A DNA stretch of 64,000 nt. Source: an uncultured Prevotellaceae bacterium. Lineage in GTDB: Bacteria; Bacteroidota; Bacteroidia; Bacteroidales; Muribaculaceae. The stretch covers positions 25,042 through 89,041 of the forward strand of contig ONMF01000009.1 of NCBI GenBank assembly GCA_900318865.1, read 5' to 3'. The notes under the pieces are model-generated. The model ran no database searches. It was not told where the DNA came from and saw only the letters and a program-made list of their open reading frames with translations. This document shows positions 9,907 to 20,787 of the stretch, piece by piece. Every line of letters begins with the position of its first letter. Within the stretch, counting starts at the first letter, position 1. Made by a program: the position numbers and the translations under genes.

Positions 9907-11922
9907 TTAGTGAGTGAATGTGGGCGGAAACTCAACGTCGCTGTCGATGGTGGTGGGGTCGGAATTGTCGGGCTTCTCTTTGTCGCCGGCATCCATGAGC
10001 TCGTCGTTTCTCGATTTCCACTGGCGTGGGCCGAAAATGCGCATTGCGTCCTCGGTGTAAATGACTTCGCGCTGCTGCAGCAAGTCGGCGAGCTGGTGAT
10101 GGCCGTCGGTGTAGAGTGTGAGCAATTCGCGTGCGCGCTCGTACTGCGAGTCGATGATTTTCTGCACCTCGTTGTCGATGGCGCGTGCGCGTTCTTCGCT
10201 GTAGGGTTTTGTGAATCCGTAGGTCGACTGGTCGGCGTCGTAGTAGGAGATGTTGGGTAGCTGGTCGCTCATGCCGTAGTAGGTGACCATGGCATAGGCG
10301 ATGCGGGTGGAGCGTTCCAGGTCGTTGAGCGCGCCGGTGTCGGTAAGTCCCAGAAACATCTCCTCGGCCACGCGGCCAGCGAGCAGCGAGCAAATTTTGT
10401 CGAGCAAGGCTTGCTTGGGTTCGATTTGGCGCTCTTCGGGCAGATACCATGCGGCTCCCAACGCTTTGCCTCGAGGCACGATGGTGACCTTGATGAGCGG
10501 GTCGGCGTACTGGAGATGCCAGCTCACGGTGGCGTGCCCGGCCTCGTGCACGGCAATGGAGCGGCGCTCCTCGTCGGTGATGACTTTCGAGCGCTTTTCC
10601 AGGCCGCCGATGATGCGGTCCACGGCATCCATGAAGTCTTGACGCTGCACGGCCTGTTTTTTGCGGCGTGCGGCAATCAGGGCAGCCTCGTTACACACGT
10701 TGGCAATGTCGGCTCCCGAGAATCCGGGCGTCTGTCGTGCCAGCAGGTCGAGGTCGACACTGCCGTCGGTCTTCACATCGCGCAGGTGAACAGCGAAAAT
10801 TTCCTTGCGGTCGCTCAGTTCGGGCAGTTCCACATAGATTTGCCGGTCGAAACGTCCGGCTCGCAACAAAGCTTTGTCCAGGATGTCGGCACGGTTGGTG
10901 GCGGCCAGAATAATCACCCCGCTATTGCTGCCGAAACCGTCCATCTCGGTGAGCAGCTGGTTGAGCGTGCTCTCGCGTTCGTCGTTTCCACCCATGTTGG
11001 GATTTTTGCCGCGTGCGCGTCCCACGGCGTCGATTTCGTCGATGAAAACGATGCAGGGGCTTTTTTCTTTGGCTTGGCGGAACAGGTCGCGGACGCGCGA
11101 TGCTCCCACCCCGACAAACATTTCCACAAAGTCGGACCCCGACATGGAGAAGAAAGGCACATTGGCCTCGCCGGCCACCGCCTTGGCCAGCAGCGTCTTG
11201 CCGGTTCCCGGAGGCCCTACGAGCAGAGCGCCTTTAGGGATTTTTCCGCCCAGCTCGGTGTAGTGCTGCGGATTTTTCAGGAAGTCGACAATCTCGGCCA
11301 CTTCCACCTTGGCCTCGGCCAAGCCGGCCACATCCTTGAAGGTGACTTTGTTCTTATCGTTCTGGTCGAAGAGCGTGGCTTTTGAACGGCCCACGTTGAA
11401 GATGCCTCCCATTCCACCTCCGGCATTGCCCATGCGGCGCATCATGAAGAAGTAGAAGGCGATGAGCAGCAAGAAGGGGCCGAAGTACCAGAAGATGTTG
11501 CCCAGGTCGCTTCCTTTTTCATAGGCCACCTCGCCCTTGAACGTGCCAGCTTGCCGCCACTGCTCCACTTTTTCCTCAAGTTTGTCGGTCGACGGGATTT
11601 GAGTTTCGATATGCGCCTTGGTGCTCTTGGAAAGCTTGCCTTGCAGCTGGCCCTTGAACACCACGCTGGCCAGCGAGTCGGAGAGCAGGCCTTGCGCTTC
11701 GTTGCTGTTGGTAATGACGGTGATTTTGGTCACACCGCCCTTGTTGACCCATGTTTCAAATTCCGACCAGCTCACTTTTTGTGAAAGAGAGTTGTCGTTG
11801 AAAAAGTAAGAGGCCACGATGATGAGTGTTATCAGTCCATACATCCAGAAGATGTTGAACTTAAACCCTTTGGGCGATTTGTTGCCACCGCCGGTGTTGT
11901 TATTGCTGTTGTTGGTTGCCAT
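9907..11922 (-). CDS. ftsH: ATP-dependent zinc metalloprotease FtsH
   Basis: Two TM segments, [18 protein letters not shown], the SRH motif ATNRADILD and the HEAGH zinc motif. Confidence 0.97.
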   Translation of the reverse strand: MATNNSNNNTGGGNKSPKGFKFNIFWMYGLITLIIVASYFFNDNSLSQKVSWSEFETWVNKGGVTKITVITNSNEAQGLLSDSLASVVFKGQLQGKLSKSTKAHIETQIPSTDKLEEKVEQWRQAGTFKGEVAYEKGSDLGNIFWYFGPFLLLIAFYFFMMRRMGNAGGGMGGIFNVGRSKATLFDQNDKNKVTFKDVAGLAEAKVEVAEIVDFLKNPQHYTELGGKIPKGALLVGPPGTGKTLLAKAVAGEANVPFFSMSGSDFVEMFVGVGASRVRDLFRQAKEKSPCIVFIDEIDAVGRARGKNPNMGGNDERESTLNQLLTEMDGFGSNSGVIILAATNRADILDKALLRAGRFDRQIYVELPELSDRKEIFAVHLRDVKTDGSVDLDLLARQTPGFSGADIANVCNEAALIAARRKKQAVQRQDFMDAVDRIIGGLEKRSKVITDEERRSIAVHEAGHATVSWHLQYADPLIKVTIVPRGKALGAAWYLPEERQIEPKQALLDKICSLLAGRVAEEMFLGLTDTGALNDLERSTRIAYAMVTYYGMSDQLPNISYYDADQSTYGFTKPYSEERARAIDNEVQKIIDSQYERARELLTLYTDGHHQLADLLQQREVIYTEDAMRIFGPRQWKSRNDELMDAGDKEKPDNSDPTTIDSDVEFPPTFTH

Positions 11923-11952
11923 GTGGTTGTAATTGACAGTCTGCTGCGGGGC

Positions 11953-12312
11953 TTAGTCGAGGTCGGGTATTTCGCTCACCTTGGCATCGGCCCACAATTG
12001 TTCCAGATTGTAACGCTCGCGGAACTCGGGCAAAAAGATGTGTACATAAATCGTGCCATAATCGATGACAATCCACTGCGAGTTTTGATATCCGTCGTAA
12101 TTGAACGGCCTCACTCCGATTGTCTTCTCCACATATTCGCGCACGCTGTCGGCCACGGCATCGACTTGGATGGGTGTGTTGCCCTCGGCGATGACAAATC
12201 CCTGTGCTGCAGCATATTCGATGTCGCTCAGGTCGACGGTGGTGATGTGGTGTCCTTTCTTTTCCTGGATTCCTTCGATAATGGTGTTGACTAATTTTTC
12301 GATTTCTGTCAT
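11953..12312 (-). CDS. rsfS: Ribosome silencing factor
   Basis: WIVIDYGTIYVHIF and RERYNLEQLWADA motifs. Confidence 0.93.
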   Translation of the reverse strand: MTEIEKLVNTIIEGIQEKKGHHITTVDLSDIEYAAAQGFVIAEGNTPIQVDAVADSVREYVEKTIGVRPFNYDGYQNSQWIVIDYGTIYVHIFLPEFRERYNLEQLWADAKVSEIPDLD

Positions 12313-12474
12313 GTTAAGTTTTTAATAATGTGTACTGAAAGGCAAAGTTAATAATTTATTCTCAATGCGCAACTCATTGCTGCCATTTTTACAGCAAAAA
12401 GATTTGTGGCCAATGACATTTTTTACTAATTTTGCACTCAATAGCAATCAATCAAAAAACGATAAACATTCATT

Positions 12475-12897
12475 ATGGAAGTAACAGGAAAAATCATTCA
12501 GAAGCTGGAACCCGTGAGTGGAACGTCCAAGGCGGGCACGCAGTGGAGTAAACAAGAATACGTGCTTGAGACCATCGGCGACGCATATCCCAAAAAAGTG
12601 TTTTTTGACTTTTTCGGGGAGCGTGCCCAGCAGTACTCTTGGATTGAGGTGGGCCAGGAAATAACGCTCAGTTTCGACATTGAGAGTCGTGAATACAACG
12701 GCCGGTGGTACACCAACATCCGCGGCTGGAAAGCAGAGCGCTATGTGCCCACGGCACAGCAAGGCCAGGCCGGCGAGCCTCCTTATCAGGCCGCTCCCGC
12801 CGCTCCTGCTCCGGCTCCCGCCGCTGCTCCTGCCGGCGGTGCCGACGCATTGCCCGATTTCAACCGCTCGAGCGAAGACGACGAGTTACCCTTCTGA
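12475..12897 (+). CDS. DUF3127 protein (SSB-like OB fold)
   Basis: MEVTGKIIQ..W.KQEY..SFDIESREYNGRWY core and an acidic DELPF tail. Confidence 0.85.
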   Translation: MEVTGKIIQKLEPVSGTSKAGTQWSKQEYVLETIGDAYPKKVFFDFFGERAQQYSWIEVGQEITLSFDIESREYNGRWYTNIRGWKAERYVPTAQQGQAGEPPYQAAPAAPAPAPAAAPAGGADALPDFNRSSEDDELPF

Positions 12898-12931
12898 AAA
12901 AAAGGGCCCTCGCAGTTGCCCCGCAGATACA

Positions 12932-12972
12932 CCGAACCGCCCATTGTGCCGCAAGGCCGATGGGCGGTTCGA
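12932..12972. terminator. Bidirectional terminator between DUF3127 and lpdA
   Basis: Inverted repeat CGAACCGCCCAT...ATGGGCGGTTCG between convergent genes. Confidence 0.6.
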
Positions 12973-12987
12973 TGATCATGTGGGGCG

Positions 12988-14328
12988 TCAGAACTGGCGT
13001 GCCACAGCTTGCAGCACTTCGCTCAGGGTGGGGTGGCCGTGGATGGCACTTGCCATGTCGTCGACCGTGGCGCCGCAGCACATGGTCATGGACACTTCCT
13101 GGATGAGGTCGGCCGCATGAGCGCCGCAGATGTGGCATCCCACAATTTGACGCGTGGCCGAATCGACAATCATTTTCACCAGTCCATCGGTCTCGCCCAT
13201 GGCCAAAGCCTTGCCGTTGCTGCGGAAGAATGATTTTTTCACTTCCACCTCCCGGTTCTGCTCGGCGCATTGCTCCTCGGTGAGGCCCACCATGGCCAGT
13301 TCAGGGGTTGTGAAAACGGCGCTGGGTATAATGCTCAGGTCGATGTTGCAGGGTTTTCCCAGAATGTGATGCAACGCCACCATGCCCTGTGCCGATGCGG
13401 CGTGGGCCAGCATGCACAGGCCGTTCACGTCGCCGATGGCGTATACGCCCGGTTCGCGCGTGAGCATGTGCTCATCGACGGCGATGCCGCGGCGTGTGAC
13501 CTCCACGGCAGTGTGCTCCAGCCCGGCGGGAAGCACGGGCTGCCGGCCTACCGACAGTAGCACGGCATCGGCCGTGACCGTGATTTCCTTACCCTTGGCA
13601 TCGTAAGCGACGACAATGCCGTCGTCACTGCGGGTGAGCGACTTCACGGCCGCTTGTGTCACCATTTTCACACCTCGCTTGCTCATCACGCTGCGCAGTC
13701 GCTTGGCAATGTCCTTGTCGAAGGGGGGGAGAATCTCCTTGCAGTATTCCACCACGGTCACGTCTACGCCGTAAGCAGCGAAAATACCGGCAAATTCCAT
13801 TCCGATGACTCCGCCGCCCACCACACACAGCCTGCCAGGCAGGGTGGTGGCGGCCAGCAACTCGTCGCTGCTGATGGCCAGCTCGGCTCCCTCGATGGGT
13901 AGGCCGCGCGGTGCCGAACCGGTGGCGATGACCACGTGGGGGGCAGTGAGCGTGTCGTCACCCACACCGATGGTGTGGGCATCGACAAATCGTGCCTCGC
14001 CTTGCACCACAGTGACACCGCCTTGCTGCATGAGCGTCGACACGCCGTCGCGCAGCTGACTCACCACCTGGTCCTTGCGGGCCACGGCGGCGGCATAGTC
14101 CACCGTCATCTCGCCTGTGGTTACCCCCCAGGCTTGCGCCTGGCGCACGGTGCTCACCACCTCGGCACTGCGGCACAGAGCCTTGGTGGGAATGCAGCCG
14201 CGGTTCAGGCAGGTGCCGCCCAGGTGGTCGCGTTCCACCAGAGCCACTTTCAGGCCTGCGGCGGCAGCGGCGGCAGCCATTTCGTAGCCGCCGGGTCCGC
14301 CGCCGATGATAATCAGGTCGTAGGTCAT
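12988..14328 (-). CDS. lpdA: Dihydrolipoyl dehydrogenase (glycine cleavage L protein)
   Basis: IIGGGPGGY, GGTCLNRGCIP disulfide motif, VVGGGVIGME and HPTLSE. Confidence 0.95.
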   Translation of the reverse strand: MTYDLIIIGGGPGGYEMAAAAAAAGLKVALVERDHLGGTCLNRGCIPTKALCRSAEVVSTVRQAQAWGVTTGEMTVDYAAAVARKDQVVSQLRDGVSTLMQQGGVTVVQGEARFVDAHTIGVGDDTLTAPHVVIATGSAPRGLPIEGAELAISSDELLAATTLPGRLCVVGGGVIGMEFAGIFAAYGVDVTVVEYCKEILPPFDKDIAKRLRSVMSKRGVKMVTQAAVKSLTRSDDGIVVAYDAKGKEITVTADAVLLSVGRQPVLPAGLEHTAVEVTRRGIAVDEHMLTREPGVYAIGDVNGLCMLAHAASAQGMVALHHILGKPCNIDLSIIPSAVFTTPELAMVGLTEEQCAEQNREVEVKKSFFRSNGKALAMGETDGLVKMIVDSATRQIVGCHICGAHAADLIQEVSMTMCCGATVDDMASAIHGHPTLSEVLQAVARQF

Positions 14329-15791
14329 TGCGCCAGTTCTTTAAAGGTGACAATGGGGTGCAGGGCAGCCTGCGTGTCGTCGAGCCTGCGCACGGGGGTG
14401 TGGTGCGGAGCTTCTTTCACCACCTGGGGATGGGTAGCCGCCTCTTGGGCAATGCGGCGCATCACATCGATGAAAGCATCGAGCGTCTCGCGGCTCTCAT
14501 TCTCGGTGGGCTCAATCATCAATGCCTGATGGAAGAGCAGCGGGAAATAGATGGTGGGGGCATGGAAGCCGTTGTCGAGCAGGCGCTTGGCCACATCGAG
14601 TGTGGTGACGCCGGTGCTCTTGTCTTTGAGCCCGTCGAATACAAATTCGTGTTTGCAGATGCCCTCAATGGGAAGTTCATAGCAGTCTTTCAGCGATTCC
14701 TTCACATAATTGGCGTTGAGCGTGGCCAGCGGGCCCACCATCTTCAGATGCTCATTGCCCAGCGTGAGGATGTAGGCCAGAGCGCGCATGATGACCCCGA
14801 AGTTGCCCAGAAAACCGGAGATCGAGCCCAGCGACTCGTCGGTGAAGAGGATGTCGTAGTTACCGGCCTCGTCCATCGTGACGCGGGGATTGGGAAGGAA
14901 CTGCTCCAAGCCTGCGCGCACACCCACGGGGCCACTGCCCGGGCCACCGCCTCCGTGAGGCGTGGAGAAAGTTTTGTGCAGGTTGATGTGCATGATGTCG
15001 AATCCCAGGTCGCCCGGGCGGCAACGTCCCAGCAGCGGGTTGAGGTTGGCCCCGTCGTAATACATGAGTCCACCACATTCATGCACCAGCGATGCAATCT
15101 GGCCGATGCGCTGCTCAAAGATGCCCAGCGTGTTGGGGTTGGTCATCATCATGCCGGCCACGGTGTCGTCGAGCAAGGGCTTCAGGTCGTCCACATCCAC
15201 GGTGCCGTCGGGCAAGCTCTTCACTTGCACCACTTCCAGGCCGCACACGGCGGCACTGGCAGGGTTGGTGCCGTGGGCACTGTCGGGGACAATGATTTTC
15301 TTGCGTTTCTCGTCGCCGCGGCTCATGTGGTAGCTGCGCATCACCATCAGGCCCGTGAGCTCGCCGTGAGCTCCGGCAAAGGGGTTGAGCGTGAACTCAC
15401 TCATGCCGGCAATTTCCGACAGGCATTCTTGCAGCGTGTAGTACACAGCCAGTGCCCCCTGCACGCTGTCGACGGGCTGCCAGGGATGCAGGCCCGTGAA
15501 GTCGCGGTGAGAGGCGATTTCCTCGTTGATTTTGGGATTATACTTCATCGTGCACGACCCCAGCGGGTAGAAGCCCGTGTCGACACCGAAGTTGTTGTTG
15601 CTCATGTTGGTGTAGTGGCGAACCACCGTGAGCTCGTCGACTTGGGGCAGGGCAGGAGCACAGCCGCGCAGCAAGTGTGCGGGCATCGACTCCAGGCTGT
15701 ATTCACTCAACTCATTGTCGGGAAGAGTGTATCCACAACGTCCTTCTTGCGACAACTCAAAAATGAGTTTTCCGTAATATGTGTTGTTCAT
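14325..15791 (-). CDS. gcvPB: Glycine dehydrogenase subunit 2 (P-protein beta)
   Basis: YPLGSCTMKYNP, AHGTNPASA, YYDGAN and the PLP-lysine motif HINLHKTFSTPHGGGGPG. Confidence 0.95.
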   Translation of the reverse strand: MNNTYYGKLIFELSQEGRCGYTLPDNELSEYSLESMPAHLLRGCAPALPQVDELTVVRHYTNMSNNNFGVDTGFYPLGSCTMKYNPKINEEIASHRDFTGLHPWQPVDSVQGALAVYYTLQECLSEIAGMSEFTLNPFAGAHGELTGLMVMRSYHMSRGDEKRKKIIVPDSAHGTNPASAAVCGLEVVQVKSLPDGTVDVDDLKPLLDDTVAGMMMTNPNTLGIFEQRIGQIASLVHECGGLMYYDGANLNPLLGRCRPGDLGFDIMHINLHKTFSTPHGGGGPGSGPVGVRAGLEQFLPNPRVTMDEAGNYDILFTDESLGSISGFLGNFGVIMRALAYILTLGNEHLKMVGPLATLNANYVKESLKDCYELPIEGICKHEFVFDGLKDKSTGVTTLDVAKRLLDNGFHAPTIYFPLLFHQALMIEPTENESRETLDAFIDVMRRIAQEAATHPQVVKEAPHHTPVRRLDDTQAALHPIVTFKELAQ

Positions 15792-15812
15792 ATCGTTTCT
15801 CCTCCTTCGTGT

Positions 15813-17135
15813 TTAGTGGGTTAAAATGTCGACCATGTTGTCAATCTCTTCGCGCGTGCGCATTTCGGTGACGCACAGCAGCAGGGTGTCGGAGCCCACG
15901 CGCACACCCGCATGGATGCCGTCCTGGGCGCACTCTTGCTGCAGAGCATCGATGTCGAGCTTGGTGCGTACCACAAATTCGTTGAGGAAGGGCTTGTCGG
16001 GGTAGGCCAGGGCCCACTTTCCACTCTTGACCAGCTGGTCGGCAAGGTAGTGCGCGCCGCTGTAGCCCATCTCGTTCACCTGCCGCAGTCCCCGGCTTCC
16101 CATCAGTGCCATGTACATGGTCACATACAGAGCCATCAAGCTCTGGTTCGAGCAGATGTTGCTGGTGGCTTTCTCGCGGCGGATGTGCTGCTCGCGTGCC
16201 TGCAGGGTGAGGACAAAAGTGCACTTGCCGTCGACATCGGTCGTGGCGCCCACAATGCGTCCGGGCATCTTGCGGATGAGTTTCTTGCTGGTGCACAGGA
16301 ATCCCAGTCCCGGGCCACCAAAGTTCATGGGAATGCCCAGGCTCTGTCCGTCGCCCACAGCAATGTCGGCTCCCCACTCGCCGGGTGTCTTGAGCACGCC
16401 CAGCGTGCTGGCGACGCAAGTGGTGATGAACAGCGCTTTGTTGGCGTGGCAGGTATCGGCCCAGCCTGTGTAGTCCTCCACGATGCCGAAGAAGTTGGGG
16501 ATGGCCACAATCACGCCCGCTACGTCGGGCTGTGCCACCTTCTGTTCAAAGTCGGCGCGTGATGTCACACCGCCTTCTTGCTCAATGATTTCAATGGCCA
16601 CGCCATGAAATTTGGCATAGGTCTCAATGACGCGCACCATCATGGGATTGAGGGTGGCGCTGATTAAGATGCGGTTACGCTTTTTACCGGCAGCCACAGC
16701 CATCATCATGGCTTCGGCGGTGGCGGTGGCACCGTCGTACATCGATGCGTTCGACACTTCCATGCCGGTGAGTTCCGACATCATGCTCTGGTACTCAAAA
16801 ATGTATTGAAGGGTACCTTGCGAGATTTCGGCCTGATAGGGTGTGTAGCTGGTGAGGAACTCGCTGCGGCGCATCATGTCCTGCACCACCGAGGGCGAGT
16901 AGTGGTCGTAGGTGCCGGCTCCGGCAAAGCATGTGAGCGTGTTGTTCAGTGAGCCCAGTGTGTCGAAGAAGCGCCTCAGCTCCACCTCGCTCATGGCAGG
17001 TGGCAGGTCGTAGTCGCGATGAAACTGGAGTTCATCGGGGATGTCGGTGTACAGGTCGTCGAGCGAGCGGAGTCCGCAGCGCTGCAGCATGGCCTGCACA
17101 TCGGCATCGGTGTGCGGGAAATATTTGTAGGTCAT
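15813..17135 (-). CDS. gcvPA: Glycine dehydrogenase subunit 1 (P-protein alpha)
   Basis: YFPHT..D..AML start, YTPYQAEISQGTLQ, NASMYDGATA and REQHIRREKATSNIC. Confidence 0.95.
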   Translation of the reverse strand: MTYKYFPHTDADVQAMLQRCGLRSLDDLYTDIPDELQFHRDYDLPPAMSEVELRRFFDTLGSLNNTLTCFAGAGTYDHYSPSVVQDMMRRSEFLTSYTPYQAEISQGTLQYIFEYQSMMSELTGMEVSNASMYDGATATAEAMMMAVAAGKKRNRILISATLNPMMVRVIETYAKFHGVAIEIIEQEGGVTSRADFEQKVAQPDVAGVIVAIPNFFGIVEDYTGWADTCHANKALFITTCVASTLGVLKTPGEWGADIAVGDGQSLGIPMNFGGPGLGFLCTSKKLIRKMPGRIVGATTDVDGKCTFVLTLQAREQHIRREKATSNICSNQSLMALYVTMYMALMGSRGLRQVNEMGYSGAHYLADQLVKSGKWALAYPDKPFLNEFVVRTKLDIDALQQECAQDGIHAGVRVGSDTLLLCVTEMRTREEIDNMVDILTH

Positions 17136-17158
17136 TTCGGCTGAGATAGATGTGACAA

Positions 17159-17539
17159 TCACTCGCCAATGAAGGCCTTGTAACTCTCGGCGGTCATCAG
17201 GTTGTCGAGTTCACCGGGATCGCTCAGCTGCACCTTGATAATCCAGTTTTCGAAAGCATCCTTGTTGATGAGTCCGGGCTCGTCGTCGAGTGCGGCATTT
17301 GTTTCCACCACCGTTCCGCTCACCGGCGAAATGAGGTCGCTGGCAGCTTTCACGCTCTCCACGGCTCCGAATTCTTCACCGGCGGCCACTTCATCGTCCT
17401 CTTCGGGCATGTCGACATAGACCACATTGCCCAGCTCGTGCTGCGCGAAGTCGGTGATGCCGATGTAACCAAACTCTCCTTCCACTCTCACATACTCATG
17501 ACTCTCGCTGTAATAGAGTCCCTCCAGAATTTTACTCAT
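17159..17539 (-). CDS. gcvH: Glycine cleavage H protein
   Basis: YSESHEYV, GITDFAQHELG and the lipoyl-lysine motif VESVKAASD. Confidence 0.96.
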   Translation of the reverse strand: MSKILEGLYYSESHEYVRVEGEFGYIGITDFAQHELGNVVYVDMPEEDDEVAAGEEFGAVESVKAASDLISPVSGTVVETNAALDDEPGLINKDAFENWIIKVQLSDPGELDNLMTAESYKAFIGE

Positions 17540-17589
17540 GATTGTATTTGTTTAAGTTGTTTGAAATATTCTTGTTTGCTGTTGGGGTG

Positions 17590-18684
17590 TCATTTTTTAT
17601 AGGATTTTTTGTAAAACCGTTTTTTCACCACCACTGCCGGAAACACTTTCTTGCGGATGCGCACACTCAACTCGGTGTCGAGTGCGCCCGCTTCGCGGTC
17701 GACCAGGGCAACGGCCAGACTCTTGTCGACTGAGATGCCCCGGTAGCCCGTGGTGACGTAACCCACCACGCGGTCGCCTTGCAGCACGTCGTAGCCGTGC
17801 CGTGCTATGGCTTTGTCCTTCAGTTCCAGGCCCACTAGCTTTTTGGGGCTGCCCTCGGCTTTTTGCCGCGCGCAGGCATCCTTGCCGATGAAGTCACCTT
17901 CCTTGTCGAGTTTGACAAACATGCCCAGCGTGGCCGTGATGGGTGAAATCTCGGGACTGAGTTCATCGCCGTAGAGCGGCAACCCCACCTCAAAGCGCAG
18001 CGTGTCGCGGCATCCCAGTCCGCAAGGCTGCACGCCGGCATCTATCAGCCGGTCCCACATGGTGCGGATTGTGTCGTGCGAGGCGTAAATCTCGAAGCCG
18101 TCCTCACCGGTATAGCCCGTGCGGCTCACAATCACACAGTCGCCGTCCACATCCACTGTTTTGAATGAATAGAACACCAGGTCGGCCACATCGAGGTGCA
18201 GCACGTGGGCCACGGTGCTCTCCGAATCGGGTCCCTGCACGGCCAGCTGGCCATAGTGCTCGCTCTCATTGGCCACGGTTACATCGAATTGTGCGGCATG
18301 CTTCTGAATCCAGTCCACATCCTTGTCGATGTTGGCGGCGTTGATGACCAGGAAAAACTCGGTGGTGCTCACTTTATACACCAGCAGGTCGTCGACGGTG
18401 CCACCGTCGGGGTAAAGCATCATGCCGTACAGGATTTTGCCACACTCGAGCGGGGCCACGTCGTTGGTGAAAATATAGTTGACAAAGCGCTCGGCTTCAG
18501 GGCCGGTGACGCGCACCTCGCCCATGTGCGACACATCGAACACACCCACCCGGTTGCGCACTGCGTTGTGTTCTTCGACGATGCCTGCATACTGGATGGG
18601 CATGTCAAAACCGCCAAATGGGCTCATCAGTGCGCCCAGGGCCACATGCTTGTCATGAAGACAGGTTTCTTTAAATTCGGTCAT
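17590..18684 (-). CDS. gcvT: Glycine cleavage aminomethyltransferase T
   Basis: [19 protein letters not shown] and [11 protein letters not shown]. Confidence 0.96.
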   Translation of the reverse strand: MTEFKETCLHDKHVALGALMSPFGGFDMPIQYAGIVEEHNAVRNRVGVFDVSHMGEVRVTGPEAERFVNYIFTNDVAPLECGKILYGMMLYPDGGTVDDLLVYKVSTTEFFLVINAANIDKDVDWIQKHAAQFDVTVANESEHYGQLAVQGPDSESTVAHVLHLDVADLVFYSFKTVDVDGDCVIVSRTGYTGEDGFEIYASHDTIRTMWDRLIDAGVQPCGLGCRDTLRFEVGLPLYGDELSPEISPITATLGMFVKLDKEGDFIGKDACARQKAEGSPKKLVGLELKDKAIARHGYDVLQGDRVVGYVTTGYRGISVDKSLAVALVDREAGALDTELSVRIRKKVFPAVVVKKRFYKKSYKK

Positions 18685-18697
18685 ACTCTCAATGGTT

Positions 18698-19675
18698 TTA
18701 TGGGTTAATCAATAAGTTAATGAATTGTTCGTTACTCAGGTTCAGCACAATGCCGCTGATGTCCACGCCGGCAAGGGCCTCGGTGACGGCCTGGCGCGTG
18801 AACGGCACTCCATGCAGCCGCTCGAGCACTTGGCCGTCGAGATCGGCCAGGACAAAGAAATCGCCGGCCATGTCGATGTGCTGAATCTTGTTGTGGCTCA
18901 CCTCCATGCTCACTGTGAACTCGCCGGCCCCTTCGATGCGGGCATGTCGCTCCACGTTGCAGCGCGGGTTGTGCCCGTAGATGAATTCCGGTTTGAGATA
19001 GCTGGCGGTGATGAGCTCGATTTGCTCCACATCGGCCTGTGAAAGCTCTATTTCGCCCGAGCAAAGCGCTTGCCGTGCATGGGCTTTGAAATCCTCGATG
19101 TCCAGGGCGATGTGGCGGCTCAGCGTGGTGATGCGGCTCGGAACGCTGGCTACACCTTTCGACTCCAGTTTCGTTTGCGACGGCGTGATGGCCTGCATCA
19201 TGTGGGCCATGTGGGTGTCGTAGAGCATCGTGCCGTGCACAATGCTGCGTCCGGGCAAGTGGTAGAACGCGTTGCCGCTCACTTTGAGCCCGTCAATCAG
19301 AATGTCGTTGCGGCCATTGTCGGTGGCGTTCAGGCCCAGCTGGCGGAGCATGGCCACTACGGCTTGTGTGTAGCGGGAATAGGTCAATGCCACGTTGTCG
19401 CCAGCGGTGATGTAGCTGAACATGATGTTCGAGCGGTCGGCATACACGCATCCGCCACCGCTCTTGCGGCGATAGACGGCAATGCCGTGCTTGCGGCAAT
19501 AATCCAGATTCACCTCGTTGTCGATGAGCTGATTGCGGCCGAAAATCACAGTGGGCTCCACCTGCCACATGAAGAAGATGTCCTCGCTTCCCATGATGCG
19601 TGCCGCATATTCCTCCATTGCCAGATAAAATGGAAGAATGTGGGCCGTTTCGTCGGGAAGTTTAAGGTATTTCAT
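18698..19675 (-). CDS. lplA: Lipoate-protein ligase A
   Basis: LAMEEY, FGRNQ, RRKSGGGCVY, GRNDILIDGLKVSGNA and HGTMLYD. Confidence 0.92.
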   Translation of the reverse strand: MKYLKLPDETAHILPFYLAMEEYAARIMGSEDIFFMWQVEPTVIFGRNQLIDNEVNLDYCRKHGIAVYRRKSGGGCVYADRSNIMFSYITAGDNVALTYSRYTQAVVAMLRQLGLNATDNGRNDILIDGLKVSGNAFYHLPGRSIVHGTMLYDTHMAHMMQAITPSQTKLESKGVASVPSRITTLSRHIALDIEDFKAHARQALCSGEIELSQADVEQIELITASYLKPEFIYGHNPRCNVERHARIEGAGEFTVSMEVSHNKIQHIDMAGDFFVLADLDGQVLERLHGVPFTRQAVTEALAGVDISGIVLNLSNEQFINLLINP

Positions 19676-19785
19676 GCCATGGTGGTTAATAGGGCGAAAT
19701 TAAGCATTTTTTCTCAATTGTGCAAGTGGGTGCGCAGTTTCCACCCGGCCACCATCTTAAAATGTGGGTTTACATGAATAAGACA

Positions 19786-20781
19786 TTATCGGGGCTTGGC
19801 CTGCATGAAGCGTGCTGTGCGCAGTGCAATATTGTCACGCAACTGATTGCGGTAGAACCAAATCTCGCGGGAATGATAGCAGCCTTCCTTGCCAATCAAG
19901 GGCAGCACATAGTCGGTGCCGGTGACACCGTCGACCAGCAGCAGACGCGTGGCCGGGTCGAGATGGACCGAGAGCGAGTCGAGCGATTGCCCGGCAGGTG
20001 GAAGCAAGGGTGATGGCACGGTGACGAGTGAGGCAGGCGTGGCATCGGTGTGCCAGTTCACGGGGTTGATGGCAAACGCGTTGCCCTTTCCCATGATGGC
20101 ACAGCCGGTGTCGCGCACCGAATTGTAGCAAATGGTGACTCCGGTGTCGTCGGGGCCTGTGGCGGCCTTGATGCGTGGCGAGGCAGCCGCCATCTGCGGG
20201 GTGATGGTGCAGCCCAGGGCATAGACGGCCACCAGGCGGCCATAGGTGGCATCGTCCATCTCGCTTAGCAGCTGCAGGGCAATCATGGCCCCCTGGCTGA
20301 ATCCTGCCAGCACAAATGGCCGGCCCTGGTTGAAGTGCTCAAGATAGTGCTTGAAGGCTCGGCGCACATCGCCTGTGGCAACGTCCAGACGCATGGCGGT
20401 GCTGTCGCCGGCAAACGACTGCAGCGAGCACTGGCGGTAGTAAGGCGAGTAGAAGTTCAGCGTGCCGCTTATCAGCGTGTCCACGCCCACCATCTCGGCC
20501 TGCATCGGGAGCCGTGTACTGTCGCTATAGGTGTCGGCATAGTGGCAAATGGTGCCGCCGGGCAAGGCATAGTCGCCTGTTTCGGTCGAAATGATGTAGA
20601 ACACGTCGGCCGGCGCCCGCCGGTCATCGACGAGCCATTGGCTGGCCAGCCGGTAGTCGGGAACCTCCGGAAGGACATCGCCATCGGGGGCCTTGTCGCC
20701 ACTTCGGCATTGCGCGGCAATGCAGATAAGCATGCCCAGAGCCAGCCAATGAAAAGCAGCGCGCATCATGGCACAATCCAT
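19786..20781 (-). CDS. DUF3089 alpha/beta-hydrolase, probably exported
   Basis: ADVFYI, YSPYYRQ, DVRRAF..YL..FNQGRPFVLAGFSQG nucleophile elbow and INPVNW. Confidence 0.82.
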   Translation of the reverse strand: MDCAMMRAAFHWLALGMLICIAAQCRSGDKAPDGDVLPEVPDYRLASQWLVDDRRAPADVFYIISTETGDYALPGGTICHYADTYSDSTRLPMQAEMVGVDTLISGTLNFYSPYYRQCSLQSFAGDSTAMRLDVATGDVRRAFKHYLEHFNQGRPFVLAGFSQGAMIALQLLSEMDDATYGRLVAVYALGCTITPQMAAASPRIKAATGPDDTGVTICYNSVRDTGCAIMGKGNAFAINPVNWHTDATPASLVTVPSPLLPPAGQSLDSLSVHLDPATRLLLVDGVTGTDYVLPLIGKEGCYHSREIWFYRNQLRDNIALRTARFMQAKPR

Positions 20782-20787
20782 CCAGTG

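Noticed and set aside
19676-19785. Glycine riboswitch upstream of the gcv operon
   Set aside because: The region is short and has no recognisable tandem aptamer motifs.
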